Assembly: GCF_964188315.1 (NCBI RefSeq)
Contig: NC_135667.1
Coordinates: 14,012,001 to 14,076,000, forward strand
Origin: Podarcis muralis
Lineage: Eukaryota
Length of the DNA stretch: 64,000 nucleotides
Direction: 5' to 3'
Shown piece by piece: positions 47,630 through 61,600 of the stretch. A program made the position numbers and the translations under genes. The notes beneath the pieces were generated by a model. It worked only from the letters and a program-made list of their open reading frames with translations, did not search any database and was not told where the DNA came from. Numbering within the stretch: the first letter of the stretch is position 1; each line of letters starts with the position of its first letter.

Positions 47630-50600
47630 AGCTTACTAAAATGTCAGTGCAAATTGTCCTTTAAGCAACTCCTTTTTGAAGGCTCCTAGGGTTGGTGGAT
47701 GGGGTCACACTGGTGAAACCAACCACCCCCTGATGGCAGCCGCAGAGTTTCTCTCCCCTCTCAGTTGTTCTTCTGGCGACGGCTCCCTTCTGAAGGCTCC
47801 TAGGGGTGGAATGGGGTGGGGGGTGCACACAAGGCAAGGGGGGAAAGCCACCCCCTGATGACCAACACCTAAAGGGACATATCTGACCCTAGTCTCTGCC
47901 ACTGTTTTAAATGTATAGGCATCCTGCCCTAATTGGCAGCTGGTGGTCCCCAAGATCCTCTAATATCCTTTCATTTGTATGTATATATATCTCACACGTA
48001 ATGTTCCCGCATCATTTCTCACATTAAAGGAGCTGCAAGTAGATTTTTTTTCTGGAACCAACTAACATGGAAACGAGTGCTAAACATGAGCTATATTCCA
48101 TTAGTTTTCCAGAAGTGTTAGTTTCCCTGAGAGGCGCTGGCCTCTCAGGGGCGCCCCAGCAAGTGAGGGAGCTGTGTGACTTTGCTGGCGGCCTCCCCTT
48201 TCCCTGCACGCCCTCCAGCTGCGCCCCACCAACTATATGGCTGGCGGGTGTGCAGCTTCCCTCCCAAGCCTCCGTGGGGATTGCTCTCCCGCAGTGGCAT
48301 GGGGGTGAGTTGTGCCCCCCCCCCATGGCTGGCAGTGTGCAGCTTCGCCTTCCCACTTTCCATGGTAATTTGGGGGCGCTGGGCGGATATTTGCACCCCG
48401 GCGCCGCATCTGCTAAAGACGGCCCTGGGTCCATAGCTCACATTTGCTTCCCGTCTGACAGAACACCAGGGGGCGCCATCTCCGGGGGGCCCGGGCTGGG
48501 AGCCCAGGCACCCACAAGCAACACCTATGGGGGTGTTAATACTGGGAGCCCCTCCAGCCTATGCTCAGGTTGTATATATGCTTAAATAAAACCATATATC
48601 TGAAAGACGCCTTGTCTGTGCTGACCGTCATTCCAAAAGGAAACTGAACCCTGGGAAAAGCTCAGGTACTCCTGGAGTCTCTCATCGCTTGGAGATTCAG
48701 TCCATAACGGTATGTTCGCCTTGAAAGTTTTGCAAGTCCAAACAGTCTTGAAAACAGGATCCCTTACAACCAGCCCAATACCATCAGGAGCACAGGTCCT
48801 CATGAATGCACGATAAAAATTGACACCAGGAAGGGCCCACTGTGCATATTTGTGAAGATGCTGAGAACTCAGTAGAAAAAGGGAAGACAATTTTAGCACA
48901 CATTACTTCCTTTGGTGTTTTTGAACTCATTTCTCTCTGATGGAGAAGATAACCTGAAGGGGGTCAGAGGGCTTGAGGCTGTGGTATTTAGCCCAGTGGC
49001 ATAGGATACCCAGGCTGATTGGATCTCTTCCTCTGCTACGGCTTCAATCTCAGTACTTGTCCTGTATATTTCAGCATGTGCAGGGCAGTTTAAGCAGGTC
49101 CTGTTGAAAGTTTCCGTGAGTATGACTCTCAGCTGCTCACGTTGACCTGTTCAAACCACAATCCCCAGTTGTTTGGGCCTTAGGCCAAGGGGGCATTCAG
49201 GTTGAAGGGTATTTTTAGGGACTGGGGAGCTGTTGGGGGATTGTTGCGCACGATGCCAATTTGTCTTGGTTATGTCAACACTAAGAGGAATTTCCATCCA
49301 CCCAGGGAGTGCTGCATGACATTGTTGGTGGGTTACACCAACACTTTACAGAGTGTTTCTGTCAAGCAGTGAAGTGAAATCATCTGGATTTTGATCTGTG
49401 TGAAATTCAAGCAACATTTTTGCATTGCATTGCAGATTTAATTTGAAGGGCTGCTTTTAAAAGCAAATAACAACAAGAGGAATTGATTGCTTGCTTTTTT
49501 GTATTCTATAAGTTGTCATTGCCAGCTGATATCAACAGTAATTGGATGTTTAGTCTTCCAGGCTTGCAGTGTAAGTCTCTTTCCATCCACAAGGTCTTAG
49601 AGAGTCCATTTTCACTGATGATCTTTTACTCAGAGATTCTTTAGTTGTGATTCCTTCATTGCAGGGGGTTGGATTGGATAACCTTTGGGGTTCCTTCCAA
49701 CTCTACAATTCTGTGATTCCTCACACCATAGCATTCTTGATTGAATCAATCTCAGTTTTAAATACAAAGAAGCATTATACCCCCCCCCCCAATACAACAA
49801 CATCCCATTGACTGAGCTTGCTTAAAAAATAATCTTTTAAAATAGCCCCTGGCTTAACTTGCCTCTGGCTTGTGCAATAAGCAAACTCGTCCATCATGTG
49901 CTGCCTTAACCTTTCTGCTCCAGGTTTCAGCCAGATTCCAACCAGGTCTGGATAAAAGCTGCTGAGAATGAGACAGCCTGAGCAGGACACAGCAGAGGCG
50001 GCCATCTGTTGAGGACAACCATCTTGGGAATGAAGACTTGGGTGAGTGAGGACATACTTTTGCTTGTTGATTTGTAGCATACAGGTTAGAGAGTTTCCAC
50101 ATCTTATCTCTTTATTGGATTTGTAAGGGGCAGACATGCCGAACATTTTTGTAAAGAATATTATATATTCTGAGCCATGTGTACTTTCAGAGCTAAACTC
50201 TATGATAAACCAGTGTACATAACACTAAGCCATGGTTTATTTAGGTTGATTGTGATTTTTTTTGAATCAGTGAACCCTGTCCAACTGACAATCTGTGGTT
50301 TGTTTTCTGTCAACAAAACACAATGTGAAGCCATGGTTAGTTGTCGGCTTACAAAGCACAGCTTGTTTAAACTATGTTTTGGTGTTATGTCCAAACACAC
50401 CAGTCTCGCTTAACCATGGTTTGTTTCAGCGCTACACCCCAAAGGCAAGAGCACCTGGAAAACAAATCAAGCTTTGGAGAAGCAAGCTGTGGCATGATTC
50501 CTCATGTGTGAGATAGCTCTTGGTTTGTGGAATAAACCATAACTTAGAGCTATGTGTGAACACAGTCAATGCAGCATAGTTGAAAGTGAGAGCTATTCTT

Positions 50601-51642
50601 GGATAGACTTGGTTCAATTACCTTCTCAGCCATAAAAACCCTTAAGTGACCATGGACCAGTCTCTGTCTCTCACATGAGCCTACCTACCAGGGTTTTAGT
50701 GATGACCAGGGTGCAATTATATACAACAGCCACAGGGCCCAACTTAAGCACTGTTTGTTTTCTATAAAGCTTCCTGTTGCCTGTACTTCCCCATTTCTAA
50801 ATCCTCCAACATGGGAGTAAAAGCCATTTCCCTTTTCTTTCCAGGCCCAGACCCTCCACTATAAGGAAGGCAGAAGCAAATTTGGTAGAGATTCTCAAGG
50901 AATTCCAACCTTTATAAATCCCAATATGAACAGACCTCACCTGCACTTCCCAAACTAATGTGAGAATCAAAACCTAGCTTTCACGCTTCTCAAATGTTCT
51001 GCCACAGTTCTTTTGACCCCACCCCAGTCTCCCTATACCTTTAGAGACCTGACAAACTTGGTTTTAGGATGAAAAGTGCAAGCAGGTCTTCTTTATTACT
51101 TTTTCATGGCAATTACAGTTCTACCTGTGGCACTGCTGCAATCAAATCATGTTTGATCCTAAACTGGACATATATACCATGTATACAACTCTGAACTCAT
51201 CAGGGTGGATGTCAGGGGTGGCCCTATCATTGAGCAGAGTAAGGCATTTGCCTCTGGCGGCCAATGGCAGGGAGTGTGGTGATTGGCAGGGAGGTGCTAG
51301 AGAACAGCCTTCCCTGTGATTCCTAAGCTAGCTAGCTGCCCTCAGGAAGATGCTGTCCCATCACCACTGTCAAAATAAGATTCAGCTGCCAGTCCTATAA
51401 ATGTATGTGAAACGGGGGGCCATTTTGTCCTTTGCCTCAAGCAGCCAAATGCCTCGGTCTGGCCCTGGTGGATGTGAGACAAAAGGGAATGATAAATACA
51501 CCCTGCAGCAATGTGAGCCAAACACTGTAAACTTATGACAAGGAAATTTCTCCTTTCAAGACCCGCATTCCACAAGCGGTCTTGGTAACTCCATGTTTTC
51601 GTCATGCAACAATACCTCTTGATTTCTTCTTAGGTGAAGAAG

Positions 51643-53145
51643 ATGGGGCGTTTGGCCTATGTTAGCCTATGTTTGCTTGGCTTCTTCACGAGAGGTGAGT
51701 CCTTATTGAGTTATAGTACCATTCTCTGTCCTATAGGGTGCATTCAGACTTGGGGAATGTTGCTCACTCAAAATGCAGAAATGTACAGCTAGGGAAACAT
51801 CGGGGAAATGAAATAAACTGCCATGCTATTGCAGCCAAAGACTGTTCTAGGGCGGCCAAATAAAGCGCGACAAACTTCAGGAATAATGTTTGAAAACTGA
51901 ATATACTGACATATCTCACCCTGGAGAGTCAGTTTAACCTGCCTAGCAATTTCTAAAAGCTTTAGGAGACCAGTTGGAGATGAACCCACTAATACATTAA
52001 AACAGGGGCCACCAACCTAGTGCCTACAGGTGTTAATGTGCACAGAAGAACTTCCTATGGCATCCATGAAAAGTGCCAGGAAATATTCGGATAAAAATGC
52101 ACAAGATGGGGTGAAGTGGAGTACACCCGCACCATTTTGTGTTCCTGTTTCTTGTTTTGTACTTTTACACGTGGCAGACACATCAACACAGATGACGTTT
52201 TGTGTTATGCCACACCCTATAGCTGCCATCTGTAGTACACCACAGCCGCCATTCCGGGTTACACTCCCCACATGCTGTTTTATGTTGTGCCATATCCTCC
52301 ACGACAGGCTTTTTGAGTTACACCACAATCTGGAGCAGCCATTTTGTGTTGCGCTACACTCTCACAGCTGGCATTTTGTTTTAGGTCACACAACCCACAG
52401 TGGCCATTTTGTTACGGGCACCAAAATGTTGACTACCCCTGCGTTATAACATGCAACTCTCCAACTAGTTTATCTGTGATGACTTTGTTCTTCATCTCTT
52501 TCACAATCCCCCCACCCCCCCACCCCACATTGACAAGCCACTGAAGCGGATCGCTGCCCCAGGGGATGGCTGCAGTACCAGGGCAACTGTTATGGGTTTT
52601 TCCACAACAAGTTGAGCTGGCATGAAGCTGAGGTAAGACTCACCATCCATTAACAGGTTGCAGAGAATGTCCAGTTGAATGATGAAGTTCTTGTGCGTTT
52701 GCCCCTTCTCCAGATTGAGTGTCAGAGTTACGGTCGTGGGACCCACCTCGCATCCATTCTTGCGAGGGCAGAAACTCTGATGGTATCCAAACATATCTCC
52801 ATTGACAAGAAAGAAACAGGGGTTGACGTTTGGATTGGACTCCATGATACTCACCAAGTAAGCATTTAGCCTCCTGAGCTTATTGATCCATCAATCATAG
52901 AACCATAGAATGATAGAGTTGGAAGGGACCCTGAGGATCATCTAGTCCATCTCCTTGCAATGCAGGAAATAATGCAGCTGACCCATACAGGGATTGAACC
53001 TGCAACCTTGGCGTTATCAGCACAACACTCTAGCCAACTGAGCTACCCTGTTCCTTCCTGCTGAAGGAACACAACACTTGCAATTTCTGAGGAGAACTGG
53101 CCTGATCCATGGATCAGAAGTTAGATGATGATGATGATGATGATG

Positions 53146-53192
<47 letters not shown>

Positions 53193-56022
53193 TTATTTAT
53201 TTATACCCCGCCCATCTGACTGGGTTTCCCCAGCCACTCTGGGCAGCTCCCAACCGAATATTAAAAACACAATAAAGCATTAGACTTTAAAAACTTCCCT
53301 AAACAGGGCTGCCTCCAGATGTCTTCTAAAAGTCAGATAGTTGCTTATTGCCTTGACATCTGATGGGGGGGGGGTGTTCCACAGGGCAGGCACCACTACC
53401 AAGAAAGCCCTCTGCCTGGTTCCCTGTAACCTCACTTCTTGCAGTGAGAGAACCACCAGAAGGCCTTTGGCGCTGGACCTCAGTGTCCGGGATGAACGAT
53501 GGGGATGGAGAAGCTCCTTCAGGTATACCAGGCCGAGGCTGTTTAGGGCTTTAAAGGTCAGCACCAACACTTTGAATTGTGCTTGGAAACATACTGGGAG
53601 CCAATGCAGATCTCTCAGGACCAGTGTTATATGGTCTTGGCGGCCACTCCCAGTCACCAGTCTAGATGCCACATTCTGGATTAATTGCAGTTTCCAGGTC
53701 ACCTTCAAAGGTAGCCCCACGTAGAGCGTGTTGCAGTAGTCCAAGCGGGAGATAACTAGAGCATGTACCACTATGGTGAGACAGTCCGCGGGCAGGTAGG
53801 GTCTCAGCTTGTGTACCAGATGGAGCTGGTAGACATTTGCCCTGGACACAGAACTGACCTGCGCCTCCATGGACAGCTGTGAGTCCAAAATGACTCCCAT
53901 ACTGCGCACCTGGTCCTTCAGAGGCACAGTTACCCCATTCAGGACCAGGGAGTCCTCCACACTCGCCCACCCCCTGTCTCCCCAAAATAGTACTTCTGTC
54001 TTGTCAAGATTCAACCTCAATCCGTTAGCGGCCATCCATCCACATTATCTGTTGGCTGCCATATGTCCTGAATGTTCTGACACAATCTTGGGATCAAAAG
54101 TTGATATCAAACTGTTTAAAAATGCATATTTTGAGATGAAATATATTTCTATTTTTTAAAAAATAGGATTTATATGCCACTAAGTGGGCAATCCTATGGG
54201 ATGAGCAGTTAAGGATGCAGCAGATAATAGTGAGCCATACAGACTTATGGTCTAACTCAGTGTAAGGCGGCTTCCTGTGTTTCCGTGTTGAGAGCTGTCC
54301 CCCCCGTGAGAAACAGAATGCTGAGCGTGATGTCACTTTTCTCCAGACCAATCAGGGCTCTTGTTATCTCCCGTGTCATTGCAGAATGGGAACTGGAGGT
54401 GGTCCGATGAGTCCTCCTACAACTACAAGAACTGGATGCGAGGGGAGCCCAACAATCTTTGGAATTCCGAGTACTGTGTGGCTTTGAGGGCTTCCACAGG
54501 TGGGCATGTTACAGTCCTCCCACTGATGGGTAGTTGTGTAGCCTTGAGGTATATGGCAACGGTGACGACTCTCTCCGCCTTGGGTGAGACGTAAATAGAA
54601 CAGAAAAGATTGGGCTGATTCAAATACAGTGGTACCTCGGGTTAAGAACTTAATTCGTTCTGGAGGTCTGTTCTTAACCTGAAACTGTTCTTAACCTGAA
54701 GACCACTTTAGCTAATGGGGCCTCCTGCTGCTGCTGTGCCGCCACCGTACAATTTCTGTGCTCATCTTGAAGCAAAGTTCTTAACCTGAGGTAATATTTC
54801 TGGATTAGCAGAGTCTGTAACCTGGAGCGTATGTAACTTGAAGTGTATGTAAACCGAGGTACCACTGTAAAGGAGGGGGGCAAACAGTGGGAGCCTCCCT
54901 TGTGGGAAGGGTCACTTTGGTTGATGGTATTTAAGCAGAGGCTAGCCCGAGTTCTGTCAAGGATGCTGCAGATTTTTGCACCGAAGAGGAGAATTGAAGT
55001 ACAGTAGACGACACCTAAGTTCCATTAAGTGCTAAAATTCTATGATTTTATGAAATATTCACCCTCCTTTATCTTATGATCACATTTTTAGATTTTTTTT
55101 GGGGGGTGTGCATGATTTTTCAGCTCTCTCTCTCACACACATATTTGTAGAGGTCTCTTGCAAAGCATGCACCTCAACCCCAAACACACATTCAAGTCTC
55201 TGGTGTCCTCCCATATATGTGTGGTATTCAGGCAGGTAAATACACTTGGATCCATTAAGTTCTAAAGATCTACGCCGAGTGGAACTTAACTGGATGCAAC
55301 TCAGAATGCTGGCTTGGATCAGCTGTGGGGAACTTGCAACCTTCCTGATCGTGTTGGACTACAACTCCCATCATCCCTGACCATTGCCCATCCTGAGGTT
55401 GATGGGATTTGGAGCAGAACAACATCCTGAGGGCCACAGCTTTGGGTTAGACCGATGGTTGGATCCAGCACAAAGCAGTACAAAGTAAATACATAGCTCT
55501 TTACTCTGCCTTTTGAAACATGAGATGTATATTTTTAGGAACCACCTTGTTTCTGTGATTGTGAGTTGTTTTAAACTGTTTCTAACATTGTGCTTTAATG
55601 GCACTTTATGGTAAAAGGCAGGCAAATCCTCACCCTCATTTGCTTATGAGCTAATCAGACTATACCATGTCGTTATCTTCTAAAACATGCCAGGGAATTT
55701 TCAAAATGAGTTTGTTAGAGCAAAACAAATAGATTCATGGAAAGTTGTAAATTTCAGAAATTGCCCCCTGAATTAGGCAGGACCCCCACAAATATCCAGG
55801 GACTATAGCTGACAGATTCCTGGCCCATCCCTGGTGCCATAACAAACATAGATATATGTTGATAAAAAGAACAACTGTACCTTGAGATACTTTGAAAATG
55901 CTTGAAATGGAGAATGGATAAGAATGGACCTTGGATTCTCTTTTTCCATTGCAGAGTACAAGAGATGGATTGATGCTGTTTGCAAGAAACATAAAGCCTA
56001 CATCTGCAAACACGAGCTCTAG
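51643..56022 (+). CDS. C-type lectin paralog 3 (divergent, 157 aa, EPN/WID). Coding exons 51643-51694, 52538-52632, 52714-52857, 54385-54499, 55955-56022
   Basis: [36 protein letters not shown]...[14 protein letters not shown]...VWIGLHD...WRWSD...[15 protein letters not shown]...WIDAVC...YICKHEL*; GT-AG boundaries, phases conserved. Exon 1 not identified. Confidence 0.9.
53125..53190. repeat. (GAT)n(AAT)n microsatellite forming the L2 tail; similar AAT/ATT runs at 5530-5585, 25880-25905, 58126-58170
   Basis: Direct inspection. Confidence 0.9.
53186..54037 (-). mobile_element. L2 LINE RT C-terminal fragment in lectin 3 intron 4
   Basis: [50 protein letters not shown]. Confidence 0.92.
54627..54867. 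mobile_element. Tc1/mariner (Tigger-like) MITE
   Basis: Same TIRs and TA flanks as the other copies. Confidence 0.85.
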
Positions 56023-56825
56023 AAGAAGGGAGACTGTCAGTCTAGGGAAGGTTGGGTTAGATGGATCAAAGCACATCTCCTTGGAATCAAGGGAGTCAGA
56101 AGATGATCCAGCAATGTTACCACCTCTACGGTTCATCCTTTGTTATGCCAAGAAGATCTTCCTTCAAAAGATGACATCTATCTACTCACTCTCAGCCCTT
56201 ATCCAGCACTGGTCTCTGAAATGCTGTTGTGATCACCTCTGTTGCTTACGCTCTTGGCTCCAGGCAGTGCAAGGACATTAAAGGGAATAACCTGTTTCTC
56301 ATGGGTGTTTATAATGAGAGAATACTTGACCTGTTTTTTCTTTGGTTCATTTTAAGGGTATCAGGTTATGTGACCCTCAGTCTTGTTTCTAACACAGAAC
56401 ACAATATGAAACTTCCCAACTCTAGAAGTTGCAAGAAGGCAGATGTTGACCCAAAACAGAAACACAATAGGGGAAAGCCCCACACTAGCAATTAGCAGAC
56501 CCCTTGGGGAACGGATTTTCTCCAAACAGAGCAGTTATAACTTATTACATCTCAGGTGGAATCTACACACATATTAAAAACGCTGTGAAAATGCTTTTTG
56601 AAAAAAAGTTTTGAAAAAGGCATTGACTTTGGCATAGCTCACTGTTGCCTTCTAGTGTCATATTTTATATTGCACTTCACAACACATTTAAAACGTTTTC
56701 TTTGCAGCTGTATAGCTGAGAGTTAGTGAGACCAAGCTTGCTTACTCAGAATACAGGAACTCACACTCTGCATCTCACATACACAATATGACCAACTTTA
56801 AGTATACCTGCAGAAACATGTGAAG

Positions 56826-56827
<2 letters not shown>

Positions 56828-56861
<34 letters not shown>
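56828..56861. repeat. (CA)n microsatellite (another at about 146-170)
   Basis: Direct inspection. Confidence 0.95.
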
Positions 56862-56863
<2 letters not shown>

Positions 56864-58124
56864 AACATCTCATCCACTCTATGATGCAACCTTAGTTCCC
56901 ACTGCCATTACTACCAGGTCCATCATTTTGACCGCAGTGGTCTCATCAAGTTCTTGCCAGGAGCACATAATAGCTGCTGCAGTACAGGTAAGATAAGAGT
57001 GTTGTGACAATGTACTGACCCTTCAGCCAGATGTCACAAGATTTCTATTGCCCCTGGTGTTAAATTCTGTAGTCAGACCTGCTTGACCATCCCAATATCA
57101 CACAGCTAGTCATTCTGGAAATGGCCTTGCATGCCCCAGGTCCCAATGTTCAGTCAGCAGCATCTCAGGTACACAGGATCAAAGTAATGCTGAGAGGTTG
57201 GAGACTTGTTAGTTAGCATAGATCAGCCTTTCCCAGATATTCCTATGGGATAACTCAATGGATAGCTGCTTCCTGATCTGCTCTTGCAGAGAGTGTTACA
57301 TAGGAAGCTGCCTTACAGAAAGTCAGACCATTGGTCTATGTGGCTCAGAATTGCCTACTGTGGCTGGCACTGCAGTGGTACTGTCACATTGTAAGATCAA
57401 GCCTGGACTGCCTTGTAAAATCTCTGCTTGAACGGCTAAGTTCAGAGTGGAAAATTTTGCTGGAGATCTGTCATGCACGTGTGTGTGTGTGTCCTTTCTC
57501 TTCAACATGTCATTTCATATTAGGGATCATTAGGAAAGGATTGGGATCAACCAACAACAGACCTTCCCAAATCTCTCAGATCTTAGGGAGTTTGAGATGA
57601 GTGGCCCTCAGTATGGAAACAATTAAGTTTCCGCAGGTCTTTCTCTGGGCAATCTCGAATCTCTTCAGCAGGGGAGTTAGAGCAAGATCTCTACATGTTT
57701 GGCAACAGATTGGCCAGGGTTTCTGACTCCCCATTAACAATGAGAGCAACTCATATTAAGGGTTGGTTCTGGGGTCAACATGTAAATGCAGAAACGCCAG
57801 GAACCCTATGCCCTTTTAAAATGTGGGGTTTTTTTTTGGGGGGGGGGTTATTGGGCTGTTGTTTTTATTTTGGTTATATATTTTGTGGTTTTATATTTTG
57901 ATTTTGTCCTGTGAACTGCCCTGAGACTTCTGGGTGTAAGACGGTATATAAATTCAGTAAATAATAATAAGAACTTAAAATAAAACTGTCATTCTATAAC
58001 ACCACACACCTTCCCATCCAGCCCAAATTGTCCAGTCCAAGAGTAGGTGTTGGCGCAGCAGGAGGGTTGAGTACCTTGCTGTACAATAATAAGCATGTTG
58101 ATGTTTTTGATGTAAAATGCTTAA

Positions 58125-58173
<49 letters not shown>

Positions 58174-58664
58174 TGCAAAAGAAAGCCTATGTGCAAAAGG
58201 GCCATAGCTCAGTAGCAGAGCACCTGCTTTGCATGCAGAAGGTTCCAGGTTCAATCCCTGGCATCTTCATGTAGAACCAGGAATGTGCCCTGTCTGAATA
58301 ACCCTGGAGAGCTGCTATCATTCAGTATGAGCAATGCTGAGCTTGATGGACCAATGGTCAAACTCAGTATAAACCAGCTTCCTATGCACTTCTTATCTGA
58401 CCATCCTAGAGCAGGTTAAGTCAACTGAGAAGGACAAAAACACACTAGAAAATATATGCATAAAAGAGAGTTTATTAAGATCACCATGTGCTGCATGCAC
58501 AGAAAAATGCCAAAGAGAGAGATCAAAGAGGTTGCTCTTCAGAGATGGGATGAATGGGAGAGATGGTCTTTCACTCTGAGGGATGGGAGAGGGGTTAATG
58601 CGATCAGAGAGAAATCCACCAAGCCAGCGTCCAAACAGGCACGGTTTGGGAACCACAGTCTTCT

Positions 58665-61600
58665 TTACAGTTCATGCTTGCAGATGTAGGCATTGAGTTT
58701 CTTGCACGGAGCGTCATTCCACTCCTTAAAACCTAAAATGCAAAAAGACATAACAAAAAATTACTACTTCTTGCTCCAGTGAGTGTGGTCATCATTGATA
58801 GCCTCATCCTCCATAAATTTGCCCAATCTTCTTTTAAAGTCACCCAAGATTCTGGCAATCACTGCCTTTTTGGGGGGTGAATTCCATAGTTTAACCATGT
58901 TCTCTCCTTTTGTCTGTCCTCGATCTTCCAACATCCAGCTTCATTAAAGGAGGACTCAAAATGTTAAGGGCTTTAATACCTGGGCCGTCCAATGAAGCTG
59001 GATGTTGGAAGATTGAGGACAAGACAAAAGGAGGTACTCTCCATCAGGAAAATGTGCAAATGCTTTGCTTACCTGTGCTTAGTCTCAGCTCCACACAATG
59101 TTCAGCATTGCGGTAGTTGTCTGGCTGGTGTTTCATCCAGGCCTTATAGTTGTAGGTGGATTCATCAGCCCATCTCCATCTCCTGGTCTGTAGAAATGAG
59201 ACAGAACAGATCGTGCGATGAAGGGAATAAAGGGCCCAGAAAGAGGAATGGCACCAATGCAAAATGAACTGGAAAGGTTGTCCAATGGGGAGCTGTTACC
59301 AGCTGTGACGCAGACAGTAGAGGAGGACACCCATAGAAAATAATGGAGAAACAGCATGTGGGGTTAAATTTGGGAGATGGCTGAGGTAAGAGTGGAACGG
59401 TATTGCTAAGGAGCCACTGCTCAGTTATGATAACCAGAAATGGAGCCCTATTCTATTTCTTGGTCTGCAGGAAGGAGACAGAACAGATCATGAGATAAAG
59501 GAAGTGTGAGGAGCCCAACACACAGATGATTTGGAGAGGCTGGCCTGTGGGGAGCTAATGTCAGCCACGATAGAGAAGAGAAGGACTCTCATGGAAAATA
59601 ACAAAGTGGTGTATGAATGATTCTGTCTGGGAGATCATTGGGATAAGGACGGGATGGAATTGCTATAGAGTCACTACTCAGTATTGATGATAGCCAGGGA
59701 TGAAGCACATGAGAGAAGCTCACCTGACGGACATCGTGGAGCCCAATCCAGACGTTGCTTATTTCTTGCTGGTAAGTGGAGATGTGCTCAGCCACCAAGA
59801 GAGTCTCTGCTTTGGTGAGGACAGAGGCGAGGTGGGCCCCACGGCCATAGCTCTGGCACTCAATCTGAGGACGGAGAAGAAGCAGGGAAGTTTTTTCCCC
59901 AATGGTCATATCCGACCATCAAGATTGGTGCTGTCCCTTCTGACTGTTACCTAGCCTTCTAGGTGCCCAAGGAGACATATCACCAGAACATGAACAACTG
60001 TGGAGACTGAGATGCTGGCCAGATGCTGCCTCAAGGCAACTCACATTGACAGCCTTACTTATGGGAATCTGATGAGAAACCCATAATAAGGTAGGGAACC
60101 CCTTTCAGCCTGAGGACCCCATTCCCTTCTGGGCAACCCAGGGATGAAGGAAGGAGAACTGGCACCTGGTGTGGGGGGTGGGGGCAAACCGCATGTGCAT
60201 GCACCGTATGTACTGCACATGTGTATGCACAGTATGTACAACAGCGGGATACTCTGCTCACGGCTGCTGTACACATGGTGGTGGAGGGTGCAACCGTGAG
60301 CGGAGGATCCTCTGTACGTGGCTGCGGCAATGCGATGGCGGCGGGGCGAGTCCCCCATGGTGTGCCTTCTTGTCACCCCCCTCAGAGGTGGCACCCAGAG
60401 CAGAATGCCCCCCCTTCCTCCGCCACTGGGGCAACCTCTTGCTAATGGTGAGCAGGACCACAGGCAAAAGTGGGCAGAATAATGAATGTAAATGATGCCT
60501 TTGTACCGAAGGCTAGTTTCCACTCACCCTTCTATCCCCTATCCAAGAAGCAACCTTGGAGTTCAAGGACACATTCCAGTCCAGCGAAACACTCAGGGAA
60601 GAGGGTGTGTGACTGGGGAGGAGATGTGGACTAGAGAGATCCCCGAGGGCCCGATGAAATGGGCTAGATTTAGTCTCCTGGCCTGTGTTTCACCACCCCT
60701 GCACTGTAGCATCCCCACGTTGACAACAAGAATCCCTTCTTACCTCAGCCTCTTGCCAGCTCAATTTATTATCAAAATACGCATAGCAGTTGCCCTGGTT
60801 TTGCAGCCACTCCCTGGCGCAGGTGTCAGCCTCAGCTGTATGGAGAGAGGATGGGGGGGGGGGGAGAGATGCCCCAAGAAGGCAGAGCAGTGAGAAGACA
60901 TGTCTTTAATGTGCTCTCTGAAATCCCACTTCCGTCTACACCGTACGTGTTATTTATTTATTTATTAAAAACATTTCTGCCCTGTCCTATTATGCAAAAT
61001 TTATGTGTGGCTATGTCTGCTCAGGAGTAGGCAGCCCTGCCTTCCTTTCTAAACAGGAAGCTGGCATCCCTAGCCAGATGCAGGTCTATTCATGAACAAA
61101 CAGACTTCTTAACCTTTCAAGAAACCCACAGGTGGCATTTTGGGACAAGGAGGGATACCTCCTGGGTTTGCTGGAGAGGACACAAATAATTGCACGTAGA
61201 AATCTGCCTTATAATGAGTCAGGCCATTGGTATCTATTGCAGACCAGTATTGACTACTCCATGGATGGGGGACTTGTGGCCTTAGACTCCAGATCCCATC
61301 AGCCCTAGACACCGGCTGCTGCCCCTAAGTTACATTGGTAGCAACTCTCTTGGGTTTCCATGGCTACTAGCCAGGATGGCTATGTTCTGCCTACACAACT
61401 GGAGGCAGTAATGCTTCTGAACACTAGTTGCTGGAAACCACGGGAGGGGAGAGTGCCATGGTCATCATGAGAACAGGAAGCTGGACTAGATAGGCTTTTG
61501 GCTTGATCTAGCAGCCTCTTCTTATGCTCTTATGTCTTTCTCATCCTTTGTTATCCAATCATTTTAATGGGATTTGCCAGGAATTCCACCTGGGACTTTT

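Noticed and set aside
48024-48585. Several overlapping GC-rich ORFs
   Set aside because: They look like a GC-rich non-autonomous DNA element; no protein motifs.
58200-58270. tRNA-Ala-like sequence (gccatagctcagtag...ggttcaatccc); similar at about 18097-18165 and 9930-9990
   Set aside because: The stems are degenerate and the sequence continues into a SINE body, so these are tRNA-derived SINE heads, not tRNA genes.
60055-60523. Cluster of short overlapping ORFs in lectin 4 intron 3
   Set aside because: GC-rich, partly palindromic repeat-like sequence; no recognisable domain.
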